Below, piece by piece: positions 10,385-20,602 of a stretch of 35,528 bases of DNA. The stretch lies in contig CANHUD010000001.1 in the NCBI GenBank assembly GCA_947463665.1, positions 1 to 35,528 on the forward strand, read 5' to 3'. The position numbers and the translations under genes are program-made. The stretch comes from Sphingobacteriales bacterium. Lineage in GTDB: Bacteria; Bacteroidota; Bacteroidia; Chitinophagales; Chitinophagaceae. The number at the start of each line of letters is the position of its first letter. Positions within the stretch are counted from its first letter, which is position 1. The notes under the pieces were generated by a model, which worked only from the letters and a program-made list of their open reading frames with translations, was not told the DNA's origin and searched no databases.

Positions 10385-11485
10385 GCCTTTTCACCGTTCG
10401 CTCGTTGTTGTAATGTTCATGTAACAAATGCTGACGAATCTGGATTTCGTGTGCATCAAATGGTTTTCGGAACAACTGAGCCACAACTGAAGCAAATGCA
10501 GACGGATTGGTGGCAATATGACAGGCAGGACTGAGCATGGTACCCTCTACCATTGACTCGTTCACCACGCAATGTCGACCGCTAAATACAGAGGTTAGTA
10601 GTTTGTATTTGATGCCGGAACGGGTGAAAGAAGGTAAAAGGATGATCTGGGCTTTGCTGATAAGATCCTGCATCTCCGAAGTCCCGGGATCTGAAACAAT
10701 GCATGTATGCTTGTGGACATGCGCCAGTCGCTGCAAATAAGGACTTGGATTTTTACCGGCAATTACAAACGGGATTTCCAGCTTATTAAATACCTGCTCT
10801 AACAGCCAGACAGCCACATTCTCATTCTCCGGTACAGAAAGGTTGCCGTGGTAAAGACAAAAAGTTCCAATACCTTCCTTACTAACGGGAAAATCCCATG
10901 GTACAAAAGCCGGTAAAAATGCAATGTTTCGGGCACCGAAATTTTTCCGGTAAACCGCACAGTCTTTTTCGGTTATACCCAATAACAAAGCATCCGACTG
11001 GGCAATCTGGCGTTCATATCGTTTCAGTAACCATGACTCCCACCAGTAAAGAATCTTTTTGGGAAGAGAACGGGTCTGCATTGCCAGCTCCCTGTAATAC
11101 TGATACTCCACATTGTGCAGTCGCACAATGACTTTCCGGCCTTTCAGTCGGCCTGCATGGAGTAAAAAGCTGCAATGAATGCCTTCGAGTACTATCGGGT
11201 AGTTGTCCCCTGAAATATTTTGTTCCAGTTCATCACTTACTCTGGAACTAACCATGTAGGGTAGCGACATGCTGATGCCCTTATGGCCTGTATTTCGTTG
11301 ATAGTAATGAACTGAAGCGCAGTAAGATTCAAGCTCCTTTCTGGGCTCCCTGTTTTTGTGGAAACAATGGAGATGAATTCGTACACCGTGTTCGTGCAGC
11401 TTCCGGATCTTGTTGAAAAGATCGTAAACACCGCCGTAATCTGCCGGGAAAGGTATATCAAGTGTTACTATGTGTAAATCCAATG

Positions 11486-12592
11486 TTATCTCCTCTTAAA
11501 GTACGAATGGTAAAATGCTTTCAGCTTTTTCTCCTCATCCTGCCAGTTGTACACACTACGGGCCTTTTCGCAATTCTCCTCCAACCTACCATATAAAACC
11601 GGGTTGAGGATCAAATTGTTCAAAGATTTCGTAATGAGGACCGGATCAGGCTGGTCAATGAGCAGGGCTACCTCAAAAGCATCGTTTATCCTTCTGTACT
11701 CCGGAAAATTCATCGTTAGCTGAGGAATGCCGGCATGAATATAATCGAAAAATTTATTGGCGAGCGACATAAGCTGATTTGCTCCCAGAGGCTCTACCAG
11801 ATTGATTCCTGCAAATGCCCTTACCGTCACTTCCTGCAGCGCTTCCGGATCCAGCTTGCCCATAAGCAATACCTTTTGTTCTAATGAATGCTCCCGGATA
11901 AGTTTTCTGCATTCTTCCAGATAATTCCCATCACCATAAATATGTAACGGCATCCCTACATGGCGCATGGCCGGTATCAGGTATTCCAGACAGCGTCCCT
12001 CATTCACGGCACCCTGATAAAGAAGAAAGGGCTGATCGGTCTTTTCAAAAATCTGTGGCGATTCGGTTAAAACAGTTGCATTCATGATCACCGGATAGTG
12101 AACCCCATAGAGCTTCTCAAAAGATTCAGCAATCGAATGACTCACCGTATAACCATCCGGAAACCGAGGTACAAAAAATCGTTCAACCCATTTCCATACA
12201 GATTGAATCGGCGGCCGGCGGAGCACTTCCTTCATCTCACTGAACCATTCATGCGCATCATAAACGCGCCCGACGCTCCGTAGTCTGGAAACCAGATAAA
12301 CCGGTACGATCGTGTCCAGATCAATCGCAACCAACACATCTGGCCGCTTTCGGAAAATCAAATAAAAAAATAACCGGAGATTGTATTCCAGGTACATGAA
12401 CTTCCCATTGCGGAACCCGCAGGGGAGCAGATGTTGTTTGTATGGGCGTTCCGGTAACGAAGGGGTAGGGTCAACAGACCTTCCCACCAATTCTACCTTG
12501 TACCCTGCCTGTTGAAGAGAAGTGCAAATGCGGATCATCCGCTGGTCATGCCGCAGATTATTCGTAACACAAAAAACCAAAGATTTATCCAT
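11486..12592 (-). CDS. Glycosyltransferase family 4 protein
   Basis: Likely start is MDKSLVFCVTN at 12592; the longer ORF-track start overlaps the opposite gene. Motifs DQRM, VYDAHEWF, LYQGAVNEGR, ANKFFDYIHAGIP. A TAATTTTG -7 element lies at 12602-12609 (minus). Confidence 0.85.
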   Translation of the reverse strand: MDKSLVFCVTNNLRHDQRMIRICTSLQQAGYKVELVGRSVDPTPSLPERPYKQHLLPCGFRNGKFMYLEYNLRLFFYLIFRKRPDVLVAIDLDTIVPVYLVSRLRSVGRVYDAHEWFSEMKEVLRRPPIQSVWKWVERFFVPRFPDGYTVSHSIAESFEKLYGVHYPVIMNATVLTESPQIFEKTDQPFLLYQGAVNEGRCLEYLIPAMRHVGMPLHIYGDGNYLEECRKLIREHSLEQKVLLMGKLDPEALQEVTVRAFAGINLVEPLGANQLMSLANKFFDYIHAGIPQLTMNFPEYRRINDAFEVALLIDQPDPVLITKSLNNLILNPVLYGRLEENCEKARSVYNWQDEEKKLKAFYHSYFKRR

Positions 12593-12635
12593 GCCTACCT
12601 CCAAAATTATTATTATTGCTGAACAATCAACTGTT

Positions 12636-13139
12636 ATGGATAGTGTTCCGGAAAGGAAAATCAGACCTCGACTGCTTAGCATCTTGTGTTTCCTTAGTCT
12701 TTTGGGCGGTTCCTGGGGACTCATGTCAAATCTGGGGAACCTTGAAAATGCCGATAAACTCGCTACCCTGACCGCACAAACCATCGAAGAAACCCGCGAC
12801 CGGATGATGTTGAATCTTCCGGGGGATGCCCGTACGAAGAAATCCATGACTGCCATTTTTGAGGATTTTACCGTACTGACAGATACGGTTAAGATCAAAC
12901 AGATGGCGCTTTTTGGCATCCTGTCTAACCTGCTCACACTTGTAGGAGCAGTCCTCATGTACCGCCTTCGGAAAAATGGCTTCGGTATCTATATCCTCGG
13001 AATCGCTGTATACGTGGCGGCACCCGTTGTTGTTTATGGGTTTAATAACATAGCTGGAATCAGTTTTTTTGTTTTCACCCTGTTCATTTCCCTGGTTTTT
13101 GGACTGCTTTATGCGAAGAATCGGAAATACCTCAGCTAA
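12636..13139 (+). CDS. Hypothetical integral membrane protein (about 4 TM)
   Basis: Likely start is MDSVPERK. RPRLLSILCFLS, then a soluble loop and three further hydrophobic segments (GAVLMYRLRKNGFGIY). Confidence 0.7.
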   Translation: MDSVPERKIRPRLLSILCFLSLLGGSWGLMSNLGNLENADKLATLTAQTIEETRDRMMLNLPGDARTKKSMTAIFEDFTVLTDTVKIKQMALFGILSNLLTLVGAVLMYRLRKNGFGIYILGIAVYVAAPVVVYGFNNIAGISFFVFTLFISLVFGLLYAKNRKYLS

Positions 13140-13165
13140 TTTTTTAGTATTTCTGTGATTTTCCT

Positions 13166-13173
13166 TACTTTTG
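13166..13173 (+). promoter_or_regulatory. Bacteroidota -7 promoter element for rpsO-pnp
   Basis: TACTTTTG in the AT-rich intergenic region upstream of rpsO. Confidence 0.65.
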
Positions 13174-13219
13174 CCAACTATTTAGTATTTAGGATAATTG
13201 GATGCCAAAAAAAAATCAG

Positions 13220-13492
13220 ATGTCAGCTTTAACTTCAGAAAAAAAGTCGAGGATCTTTGCGGAATTCGGTGGTAAAGAAACAAATACCGGTTCTATTGAG
13301 GGGCAGATTGCCTTGCTTACAGAGCGTATCAACCACGTTTCCGGACACCTTCAGAAAAACAAAAAGGATTTCGCAACCCATCGTGGTCTGATGGCCATGG
13401 TTGGTCGCCGTAAACGTCTGCTGACTTATCTCAGCAAAAACAATCTTCAGGGGTACCGGCAATTGCTGGAGAAGCTTGGTTTGCGTAAGTAA
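13220..13492 (+). CDS. rpsO: 30S ribosomal protein S15
   Basis: NTGSIEGQIALLTERI, RGLMAMVGRRKRLLTYL, LGLRK. The ATG at 13220 gives the usual ~90 aa; an alternative start is at 13202. Confidence 0.97.
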   Translation: MSALTSEKKSRIFAEFGGKETNTGSIEGQIALLTERINHVSGHLQKNKKDFATHRGLMAMVGRRKRLLTYLSKNNLQGYRQLLEKLGLRK

Positions 13493-13511
13493 TCCACATA
13501 ATAACCATTTT

Positions 13512-13546
13512 CTATTCCCAACGCACCGTTGGGAATAGTTCTTTTT
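13512..13546 (+). terminator. Hairpin with T-rich tail between rpsO and pnp
   Basis: CTATTCCCAACG-CAC-CGTTGGGAATAG followed by TTCTTTTT. Confidence 0.8.
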
Positions 13547-13567
13547 GTACCTATCTAGTTTTATTTT

Positions 13568-15799
13568 ATGTTAACTCAACCTATTCGTTCCAATATTGAT
13601 ATGGGCAGCAGTCCGTCCATATCGCTGGAAACCGGTCGCCTGGCACGCCAGGCAGATGGTTCCGTAACGGTAACACAGGGAAATTGTGTGTTGCTGGCTA
13701 CCGTAGTGGCTGCTAAAGAACCCCGTGAAGGTCAGGAATTCTTTCCGCTCAGCGTGGATTACATGGAAAAATTTGCTTCTGCAGGCCGTATCCCGGGATC
13801 TTTCTTCAAACGCGAAGGAAGACTCAATGATTCAGAAGTATTGATCAGCCGACTGATCGACCGTGCACTGCGCCCGCTTTTCCCGGAAGACTATTTCTGC
13901 GAAGTGCAGGTGATCGTTACCCTCATCTCCTCTGATCCTGAGATCATGCCGGATGCACTGGCTTGCCTGGCCGCATCAGCTGCCCTCGCAGTATCGGATG
14001 TGCCTATCAAAGAGATTATTTCTGAAGTGCGGGTTGGCAGGGTAGAAGGTGCCTTCATCGTTAATCCGACCCGCTCCCAGATCGCCCAGTCCGATATGAA
14101 TTTTATCATTGCCGCCACAGAAAAAAATCTGATGATGGTAGAGGGAGAATCTAAGGAGTGTAGCGAAGAAGATCTGGTGAAAGTGCTGGAAATTGCACAT
14201 GATGCGATTCGCAGGCAAATTAGCGCACAACAGGAACTCCGCGAAAAGGCTGGCGTCCAGGGAAAACGCGACTACACGAAACCTACGGTGAATGAAGAAT
14301 TACTGGCAAAAGCAAAAGCCTACAGCCAGAAAGTATATGAAGTTTCCCGTTCTGCAAGTGCTAAATCGGATCGTTCAGCAGCGTACGATACACTCAAGCA
14401 GGAACTAGTTGCCTCTCTGGGCGTAGAAGCGTCAGATGCAGATAAAAAACTCCTGAAGAAATACTTCGAAGACGTTAAATGGGAAGTGGTACGCGATATG
14501 ATTTTGGATGATCGCTTCCGTCTGGATGGTCGTCAGCTCGACCAGATCCGTCCACTGGACATGGAAGTGGATATCCTGCCTTCTCCGCATGGTGCAGCCT
14601 TGTTCACCCGCGGAGAAACACAGTCGCTCACCACGGTTACCCTCGGTACCCCTCTGGATGAACTGCTCGTGGAAACCGCTCAGGCGTCTGAATACAGCAA
14701 ATTCATCCTCCATTATAATTTCCCTCCATTCTCTACCGGAGAGGTGAAATTCCTCCGTGGACCGGGTCGTCGGGAAGTTGGACATGGAGCACTGGCACAA
14801 CGATCCCTCAAACAACTCATGCCGGGTAATGAATATCCCTACACCGTCCGTGTAGTGAGCGATATTCTGGAATCGAACGGATCTTCCTCTATGGCTACTG
14901 TCTGTGCAGGCTCCCTTGCACTCATGGATGCAGGTGTGCCTATGCCTAAACATGTAAGTGGAATCGCCATGGGACTCATTACCCGTGGAGATGGTAAATA
15001 TGCTATTCTTTCTGATATTCTCGGTGATGAAGATCATCTGGGAGATATGGACTTCAAAGTGACCGGTACACGTGATGGTATCTGTGGAGTACAAATGGAC
15101 ATCAAAGTGGATGGCCTGAGCATGAACACCATGCGGGAAGCACTGGAACAGGCCCGCAGAGGTCGCCTCCATATCCTGGATCATATGTACGCCTGTATCG
15201 ATAAGCACCGCGAAGAGGTAAAAGCACATGCTCCACGGATGGAGAAACTCTTCATCGACAAAGAATTCATCGGTGCTGTAATCGGTACCGGTGGTAAGGT
15301 AATCCAGGAAATCCAGCGTGAAACAGGAACCACTATCAATCTGGAAGAAGTTGGAAACTTCGGTGAAGTCAGCATCTTCAGCAAGGATAAAGACGGTCTC
15401 GTCAAAGCTGTAGACTGGATCAAAGGTATCGTGTCCGTTCCGGAAGTAGGAGAGGAGTACGAAGCCAAAGTGAAATCCATCATGCCTTATGGTGCTTTCG
15501 TTGAATTCCTGCCAGGTAAACAGGGACTTCTTCACATCAGTGAAGTAAGCTGGAAGCGACTCGAAACAATGGACGGTGTACTGGCTGAAGGAGATACCGT
15601 GAAAGTCAAACTGATCGGACTGGATCCCAAGACCGGCAAGTTCAAACTCAGTCGAAAAGTCCTGATGCCAAAACCGGAAGGCATGCCGGACCGCCCTCCA
15701 AGAGAACGCGATGAAAACCGTGAAAACCGGGATTTCCGCGACAGAGGACCAAGGGGTGGTGGTCGCGACAGAGAACCGCGAAACAATCAGAACGATTAA
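13568..15799 (+). CDS. pnp: Polyribonucleotide nucleotidyltransferase (PNPase)
   Basis: ETGRLARQADG, FFPLSVDY, FTRGETQ, RREVGHG, ESNGSSSMA, GDMDFKV, KH and S1 domains; conserved position after rpsO. Confidence 0.98.
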   Translation: MLTQPIRSNIDMGSSPSISLETGRLARQADGSVTVTQGNCVLLATVVAAKEPREGQEFFPLSVDYMEKFASAGRIPGSFFKREGRLNDSEVLISRLIDRALRPLFPEDYFCEVQVIVTLISSDPEIMPDALACLAASAALAVSDVPIKEIISEVRVGRVEGAFIVNPTRSQIAQSDMNFIIAATEKNLMMVEGESKECSEEDLVKVLEIAHDAIRRQISAQQELREKAGVQGKRDYTKPTVNEELLAKAKAYSQKVYEVSRSASAKSDRSAAYDTLKQELVASLGVEASDADKKLLKKYFEDVKWEVVRDMILDDRFRLDGRQLDQIRPLDMEVDILPSPHGAALFTRGETQSLTTVTLGTPLDELLVETAQASEYSKFILHYNFPPFSTGEVKFLRGPGRREVGHGALAQRSLKQLMPGNEYPYTVRVVSDILESNGSSSMATVCAGSLALMDAGVPMPKHVSGIAMGLITRGDGKYAILSDILGDEDHLGDMDFKVTGTRDGICGVQMDIKVDGLSMNTMREALEQARRGRLHILDHMYACIDKHREEVKAHAPRMEKLFIDKEFIGAVIGTGGKVIQEIQRETGTTINLEEVGNFGEVSIFSKDKDGLVKAVDWIKGIVSVPEVGEEYEAKVKSIMPYGAFVEFLPGKQGLLHISEVSWKRLETMDGVLAEGDTVKVKLIGLDPKTGKFKLSRKVLMPKPEGMPDRPPRERDENRENRDFRDRGPRGGGRDREPRNNQND

Positions 15800-15811
15800 C
15801 CTTTCTATATC

Positions 15812-15841
15812 GAACCCCCGCTAAACGGGGGTTCCTTTTTT
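15812..15841 (+). terminator. Intrinsic terminator after pnp
   Basis: GAACCCCCG-CTAAA-CGGGGGTTC followed by CTTTTTT. Confidence 0.8.
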
Positions 15842-16657
15842 ATGAAAACATACACGGAGATTATTTTTGATCCAGTAGAGCCGGCACTCTCCGATCTGCT
15901 GATTGCCGAACTTTCAGAGATAGGTTATGAAGGATTTCTGGAAGAAGAACAACGGCTGACAACTTACATCGTGCAATCTGATTTTAACCTCGAGGTACTT
16001 TCATCACTGGCCTCCCGGCTATCCGTATCCTTCACCATGGGCGATATTGCCGACCAGAACTGGAATGCACTTTGGGAGAGCTCTTTCCAACCGGTGATCT
16101 TTTCTGAAAAACTGGCCATCAGAGCCTCTTTTCATGATCCCGTGCCAACTGTTGAGAATGAAATAATCATCACTCCGAAAATGAGTTTCGGAACCGGACA
16201 TCATGCCACTACCTATCTGATGGTAAAAGCTATGTATGATATTGAGCTAACTGGCAAGTCCATACTGGACTTTGGTACCGGAACCGGCATACTGGCCATT
16301 CTCGCAAAACAGCGGGGAGCTGACACTATTCTTGCTATCGATAACGACGAATGGAGCATCGAAAATGCGCGGGAAAATGCCGCATGTAACCAGGTTTCAG
16401 ATATCAATGTTCAATTGGCCTCTGCCCCTCCCGCAAACCAGACCTTTGACGTCATTCTGGCAAATATCAATCGGCATATCCTTCTCCAATATGCTGATGA
16501 ACTTATAAATGGGCTGCGTAAAGGAGGAGTACTTCTGCTGAGTGGCATTCTTACGGAAGACCGGGAAGTAATTGTCGATCGGTTTTCAGAAAAACTCGGC
16601 CAGCCGGTTGCTGAAGAAATCCGCAACAATTGGATGACGATTCGGTTCGAAAGGTGA
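15842..16657 (+). CDS. prmA: 50S ribosomal protein L11 methyltransferase
   Basis: NWNALWE, ITPKMSFGTGHHATT, LDFGTGTGILAI, DVILANIN, LLLSGIL. Confidence 0.95.
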   Translation: MKTYTEIIFDPVEPALSDLLIAELSEIGYEGFLEEEQRLTTYIVQSDFNLEVLSSLASRLSVSFTMGDIADQNWNALWESSFQPVIFSEKLAIRASFHDPVPTVENEIIITPKMSFGTGHHATTYLMVKAMYDIELTGKSILDFGTGTGILAILAKQRGADTILAIDNDEWSIENARENAACNQVSDINVQLASAPPANQTFDVILANINRHILLQYADELINGLRKGGVLLLSGILTEDREVIVDRFSEKLGQPVAEEIRNNWMTIRFER

Positions 16658-16688
16658 AGGAATTTATTTATGTTAACTTATTATTAAG

Positions 16689-16696
16689 TACATTTG
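16689..16696 (+). promoter_or_regulatory. Bacteroidota -7 promoter element for plsY
   Basis: TACATTTG, 23 nt upstream of the ATG. Confidence 0.6.
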
Positions 16697-16719
16697 GATA
16701 CTAAATCACCATTCGACAG

Positions 16720-17367
16720 ATGAACGAACTGGCCCTTGTCATTTTAGCTTATCTGATAGGATCTGTACCTACCTCCGTGTGGGTTAGCAAGGCTGTTTTT
16801 GGAATTGATATCCGGGATTATGGTAGTGGAAATGCCGGTGCTACCAACACGTTTCGTGTACTTGGCTCTCGTTGGGGAACATTTGTTATGCTGATAGATA
16901 TGCTGAAAGGCCTGTTAGCTGTAAAATTAGCCTATCTGCTCCCTTACTACCTGAACAATGATTTTGCCCGAACTAATTTTCAGATAGGCCTCGGTCTTAT
17001 GGCTGTACTCGGTCATATTTTCCCGATATGGGCTGAATTCCGCGGAGGCAAGGGAGTCGCCACATTATTCGGCCTGATCCTCGGTATTTCTCCGATCACG
17101 GCTCTGGGATGCGTGGCTGTATTCAGTCTGGTTCTTTATCTGACCAGATTTGTTTCGCTCAGCTCCATCCTGGCAAGTCTGGCCTTTCCGGTATTTATTC
17201 TTGTGGTATTCAATGTGGAAAACGAAACGTACCGGATTTTTGCTATCGCAGTTGCCCTGCTGGTTATCCTTACCCATCAGAAAAATATTACACGGCTCCT
17301 GAAAGGAGCTGAATCCAAAGCGCCTATTTTCAAATACAGAGACAGGCGCAGAGAACGAAAATCCTGA
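16720..17367 (+). CDS. plsY: Glycerol-3-phosphate acyltransferase PlsY
   Basis: YLIGS, GSGNAGATNTFR, DMLKG, GHIFP, FRGGKGVAT, VSLSSI, HQKNI. Confidence 0.96.
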   Translation: MNELALVILAYLIGSVPTSVWVSKAVFGIDIRDYGSGNAGATNTFRVLGSRWGTFVMLIDMLKGLLAVKLAYLLPYYLNNDFARTNFQIGLGLMAVLGHIFPIWAEFRGGKGVATLFGLILGISPITALGCVAVFSLVLYLTRFVSLSSILASLAFPVFILVVFNVENETYRIFAIAVALLVILTHQKNITRLLKGAESKAPIFKYRDRRRERKS

Positions 17368-17370
17368 GAT

Positions 17371-18174
17371 ATGCGTTTCTTTCAGGCTGCAATAGTGTTT
17401 TTCATAATAGGAGCATCCGCTTCCTGTACCAAAAATTCAGTAACCGGACGAAACCAGTTCCTGCTCATTCCACAAGCAGAGATTCTGAGCCTTTCCCGTC
17501 AACAGTATGCCACCTTCCTCTCTCAAAATAGGGTAGTAAAAGGAACCAGAGACGCTCAAAAAGTAGAAACAATCGGTCGTAAAATTGCACAGGCAATAAC
17601 TGTTTATTACCAACAGCAGGGAAACACTTCCATAGCCAGAGACTATGCATGGGAATTCAATCTGGTGAACGATAATGCCGTCAATGCCTGGTGTATGCCC
17701 GGCGGTAAAGTAGTAGTATATACCGGACTCCTGCCGGTTACCCAGAATGATGATGCACTGGCCGCAGTAATGGGTCACGAAATCGCTCATGCTATTGCCG
17801 AACACGGGAATGAACGGATGACACAGGGAATGGTGAAAGAAGCCGGTGGAGCAGCCCTCTCCGTAATGTTGTCAACCAAGCCTGAAGCTACACGAAACCT
17901 GTTCATGTCTGCCTATGGTGCCGGCTCAGCTGTTGGGATTCTCCTGCCCTTTAGCCGGAAACAGGAACTGGAGGCAGATCGCTTTGGACTGATCTTCTCC
18001 GCACTGGCAGGATATAATCCCGATGCCGCCATTGAATTCTGGCAGCGAATGTCAAAAGCCAGCGGAGGTAATACCGTTCCTGAATTACTTAGCACTCATC
18101 CATCCGATGAAACAAGGATCGCAAAAATCCGTATCTATGCGGAGGAAGCAAAAAAATATGTTGTCGCCAGATGA
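17371..18174 (+). CDS. M48 family zinc metallopeptidase, lipoprotein
   Basis: Lipobox-like ASASC, NAWCMPGG, HEIAH zinc motif, FSRKQELEAD, LSTHPS. Confidence 0.92.
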   Translation: MRFFQAAIVFFIIGASASCTKNSVTGRNQFLLIPQAEILSLSRQQYATFLSQNRVVKGTRDAQKVETIGRKIAQAITVYYQQQGNTSIARDYAWEFNLVNDNAVNAWCMPGGKVVVYTGLLPVTQNDDALAAVMGHEIAHAIAEHGNERMTQGMVKEAGGAALSVMLSTKPEATRNLFMSAYGAGSAVGILLPFSRKQELEADRFGLIFSALAGYNPDAAIEFWQRMSKASGGNTVPELLSTHPSDETRIAKIRIYAEEAKKYVVAR

Positions 18175-18210
18175 ACCGGCTATAGACTTGCTGAAGCGCT
18201 AACAATTTAT

Positions 18211-18218
18211 TAACTTTG
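18211..18218 (+). promoter_or_regulatory. Bacteroidota promoter for the 18242 ORF
   Basis: TAACTTTG -7 element, with TTG (18188-18190) 20 nt upstream as a -33 element. Confidence 0.6.
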
Positions 18219-18241
18219 CTCAGCGTATAAACTGTTGAAGC

Positions 18242-18649
18242 ATGATTCAGACTGTATTTGAAAAACTTCAACTCAGAGAAGAGAAAAATCTGCTCGTTCA
18301 AGGTCTTCCTTCTTCTATTGAGAAGCAATTTGCCAAGGTCGCATTCGCAAAAAGCGTTACACCTTTACTTAAATCACGGAAAATTGACTTTGCTCTGGTC
18401 TTTTCCATTAACCAGCTCCAATTGTCAAATATCATGCAGGACGTGCTTCCGGCACTCCATGATGAAGGAAAACTATGGATCGCATTTCCTAAAGCAACTT
18501 CAAAGATTGTCAGTGATCTGAACCGTCAATGTACCTGGACCTGCTTACGTTCCAAAGGATTTGAATCCATGGAAGAAATTGAGCTCGATCATGTATGGAC
18601 AGCACTCCGCTTTGCAAAACTCACGCCTGTTATGGTTGCGGTGGACTGA
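18242..18649 (+). CDS. Conserved hypothetical protein (DUF3052-like / N-terminal domain of YdeI-OmpD-associated proteins)
   Basis: LWIAFPKATSKIVSDLNR and IELDHVWTALRF motifs; has its own promoter. Confidence 0.65.
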   Translation: MIQTVFEKLQLREEKNLLVQGLPSSIEKQFAKVAFAKSVTPLLKSRKIDFALVFSINQLQLSNIMQDVLPALHDEGKLWIAFPKATSKIVSDLNRQCTWTCLRSKGFESMEEIELDHVWTALRFAKLTPVMVAVD

Positions 18650-20602
18650 TCACTTTAAGATTACCACACCCAGACTTTTCCCAATTTCTACTTCTAACTG
18701 TTTCAGGTGCTGATGGGTCTCTAAAAGATTGATCAAAAGTGACGGATCGGTATTCTTCTCCAAATCTTTCTGATTTTCCAGGATGAGACGCTTGATCTTC
18801 CTGAGTTTCAAATACTGAATACAACTTCTTACCTCTGTCTGATACTGTTCCTCCCGGGTAGGTACTGCCCGATCAAATTTTTCATGCCAGTTCGGACTGA
18901 TCTCAAAAGCTGAATTGTCCATCAGTGACACCGCCAGTGTGTTGATCTCATGATCCTCATGGTAAAGAAAAAGTTTTGAAGTGGGCAAAACGCCCTGATC
19001 ATACCACTGCCGGTACTGTTCCACCAATCGCAACAATGGCTTATGGTCAAATAACTCTTCCAAACCGTTCTCGTCAAACTCCGCTAAAAGATAGTCCGCT
19101 ACCGTTCGCTCTTCATCCCATGGTTTCATGCCAAATTCCATCAAGCATCTGACAACAGCCTTTTCCTGATATTCATCCCTTGAAAGCAAATCCAGGGTCT
19201 CCAATGATGCTTCATCAAACCCCGCTTCTTCAGAAAATGGAATGTCGGGATTCTCAGATCTTGGTTGTTGTTTTCGCTCTTCAGCCTGCAATCTGTCCCG
19301 AATGTGTTTATTGACCAGATTGGTCAGGCCCCCCTCATCAATTTTTAGTAATTCGGCAGATCGCTGAATATAATGCTGCTGACGGGTAAAATCTTCTGCT
19401 TTATGAATACGGGAAATCGATTCTGCAATCTGCTTCACCAGCGATGACTTCTTTGCCGGGTCATCTCCCATATCCTTCATCGCTACCTCCAGCTGAAAAA
19501 GAATGATATCCTTTTTTTCCTGCTGAATAAAATCTCTGAATGAAGCAGCGCCTACCTTACGGACATAGCTGTCAGGATCCTCACCACCTGGAATCAGCAC
19601 CAATTGAACATTCAGTCCCTCCTCAAGCGCCAGATCCAAACCGCGGGTTGCTGCCTTGATGCCGGCACTATCCCCATCGTAAATGATCGTCAGCCGCTGG
19701 GTGAATTTTCGGATCAGCCGAAGCTGCTCCACTGTCAGCGCTGTACCACTGGACGCCACCACATTCTCCACTCCCGCCTGGTGAAGGGATATCACATCGG
19801 TGTACCCCTCCACCAGCAGACATTCATCCTGCTGGCCAATGGCCTGACGGGCAAAATACATCCCATAGAGCACCCGACTCTTGCTGTATATCTCATTTTC
19901 CGGAGTGTTGATGTATTTGGGTGCTTTATCGTTCTTCCGGATCAACCGGGCACCAAATCCTAATACCTTGCCGCTCTGGTTGTGTATCGGAAAAATAACG
20001 CGACCCCGATAATTATCGCTTACGCCCCATTCCCGGGAAACCGACAATCCACTTTTTACCAGTAGTTCCGGATTATACTGCTGCTCCGTTGCAGCCGTCG
20101 AAAAAGAACGACCGTCTTCCAGACAATAACCCAATTGAAATTTACGAATGATGTCATCTGTAAATCCACGCTCCCTCAAATATCCCAATCCGGCTAATTT
20201 ACCTTCATCATTTTCCCAGATCATCCTGGAAAAATATTCCTGTGCAAATTTGTTGAGAATGAATAACGATTCGGCTGTCTGCTGCTGCTGGCGCTGTTCC
20301 GGGTTGGAATAGGTTTCCTCAATTTCAATGTTGTAACGTGCTGCCAGCCACTTGAGCGCTTCTACATACGAGTAACGCTCATGTTCCATCACAAAACTGA
20401 TGGTATTGCCCGACTTACCGCATCCGAAGCATTTATAGATTTCCTTGGATGCGGAAACCGTAAAAGACGGAGTTTTCTCGTTGTGAAAAGGACAAAGTCC
20501 GAGGTAATTGGTGCCTCTCTTCCGAAGTTTTACAAAACTACCGACAACATCAATGATGTCGATCCGGTTTTGTATCTGCTGTATAGTCTCCTGTGGAATC
20601 AT
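18650..20602 (-). CDS. dnaG: DNA primase
   Basis: Zinc finger CPFH...CFGC, RVIFPI, PKYINTPE, TOPRIM motifs VEGYTDV and YDGDSAG. Confidence 0.98.
   Translation of the reverse strand: MIPQETIQQIQNRIDIIDVVGSFVKLRKRGTNYLGLCPFHNEKTPSFTVSASKEIYKCFGCGKSGNTISFVMEHERYSYVEALKWLAARYNIEIEETYSNPEQRQQQQTAESLFILNKFAQEYFSRMIWENDEGKLAGLGYLRERGFTDDIIRKFQLGYCLEDGRSFSTAATEQQYNPELLVKSGLSVSREWGVSDNYRGRVIFPIHNQSGKVLGFGARLIRKNDKAPKYINTPENEIYSKSRVLYGMYFARQAIGQQDECLLVEGYTDVISLHQAGVENVVASSGTALTVEQLRLIRKFTQRLTIIYDGDSAGIKAATRGLDLALEEGLNVQLVLIPGGEDPDSYVRKVGAASFRDFIQQEKKDIILFQLEVAMKDMGDDPAKKSSLVKQIAESISRIHKAEDFTRQQHYIQRSAELLKIDEGGLTNLVNKHIRDRLQAEERKQQPRSENPDIPFSEEAGFDEASLETLDLLSRDEYQEKAVVRCLMEFGMKPWDEERTVADYLLAEFDENGLEELFDHKPLLRLVEQYRQWYDQGVLPTSKLFLYHEDHEINTLAVSLMDNSAFEISPNWHEKFDRAVPTREEQYQTEVRSCIQYLKLRKIKRLILENQKDLEKNTDPSLLINLLETHQHLKQLEVEIGKSLGVVILK

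Noticed and set aside
12593-12958. 122-aa N-terminal extension of the GT4 ORF in the ORF track
   Set aside because: It overlaps the opposite-strand membrane protein. The GT fold starts at MDKSLVF, and a -7 promoter sits just upstream of 12592.
14432-15535. 367-aa antisense ORF inside pnp, and similar shadow ORFs (469-1182, 6414-7169, 29359-30216, 33214-33777)
   Set aside because: They lie on the opposite strand of well-conserved genes and have no recognisable motifs; codon bias explains them.
16651-16678. TTATGTTAACT resembling the XerD arm of a dif site (also at 13566-13576)
   Set aside because: There is no XerC-like arm ending in ATAA 6 nt upstream, and the second copy is simply the pnp start codon context.
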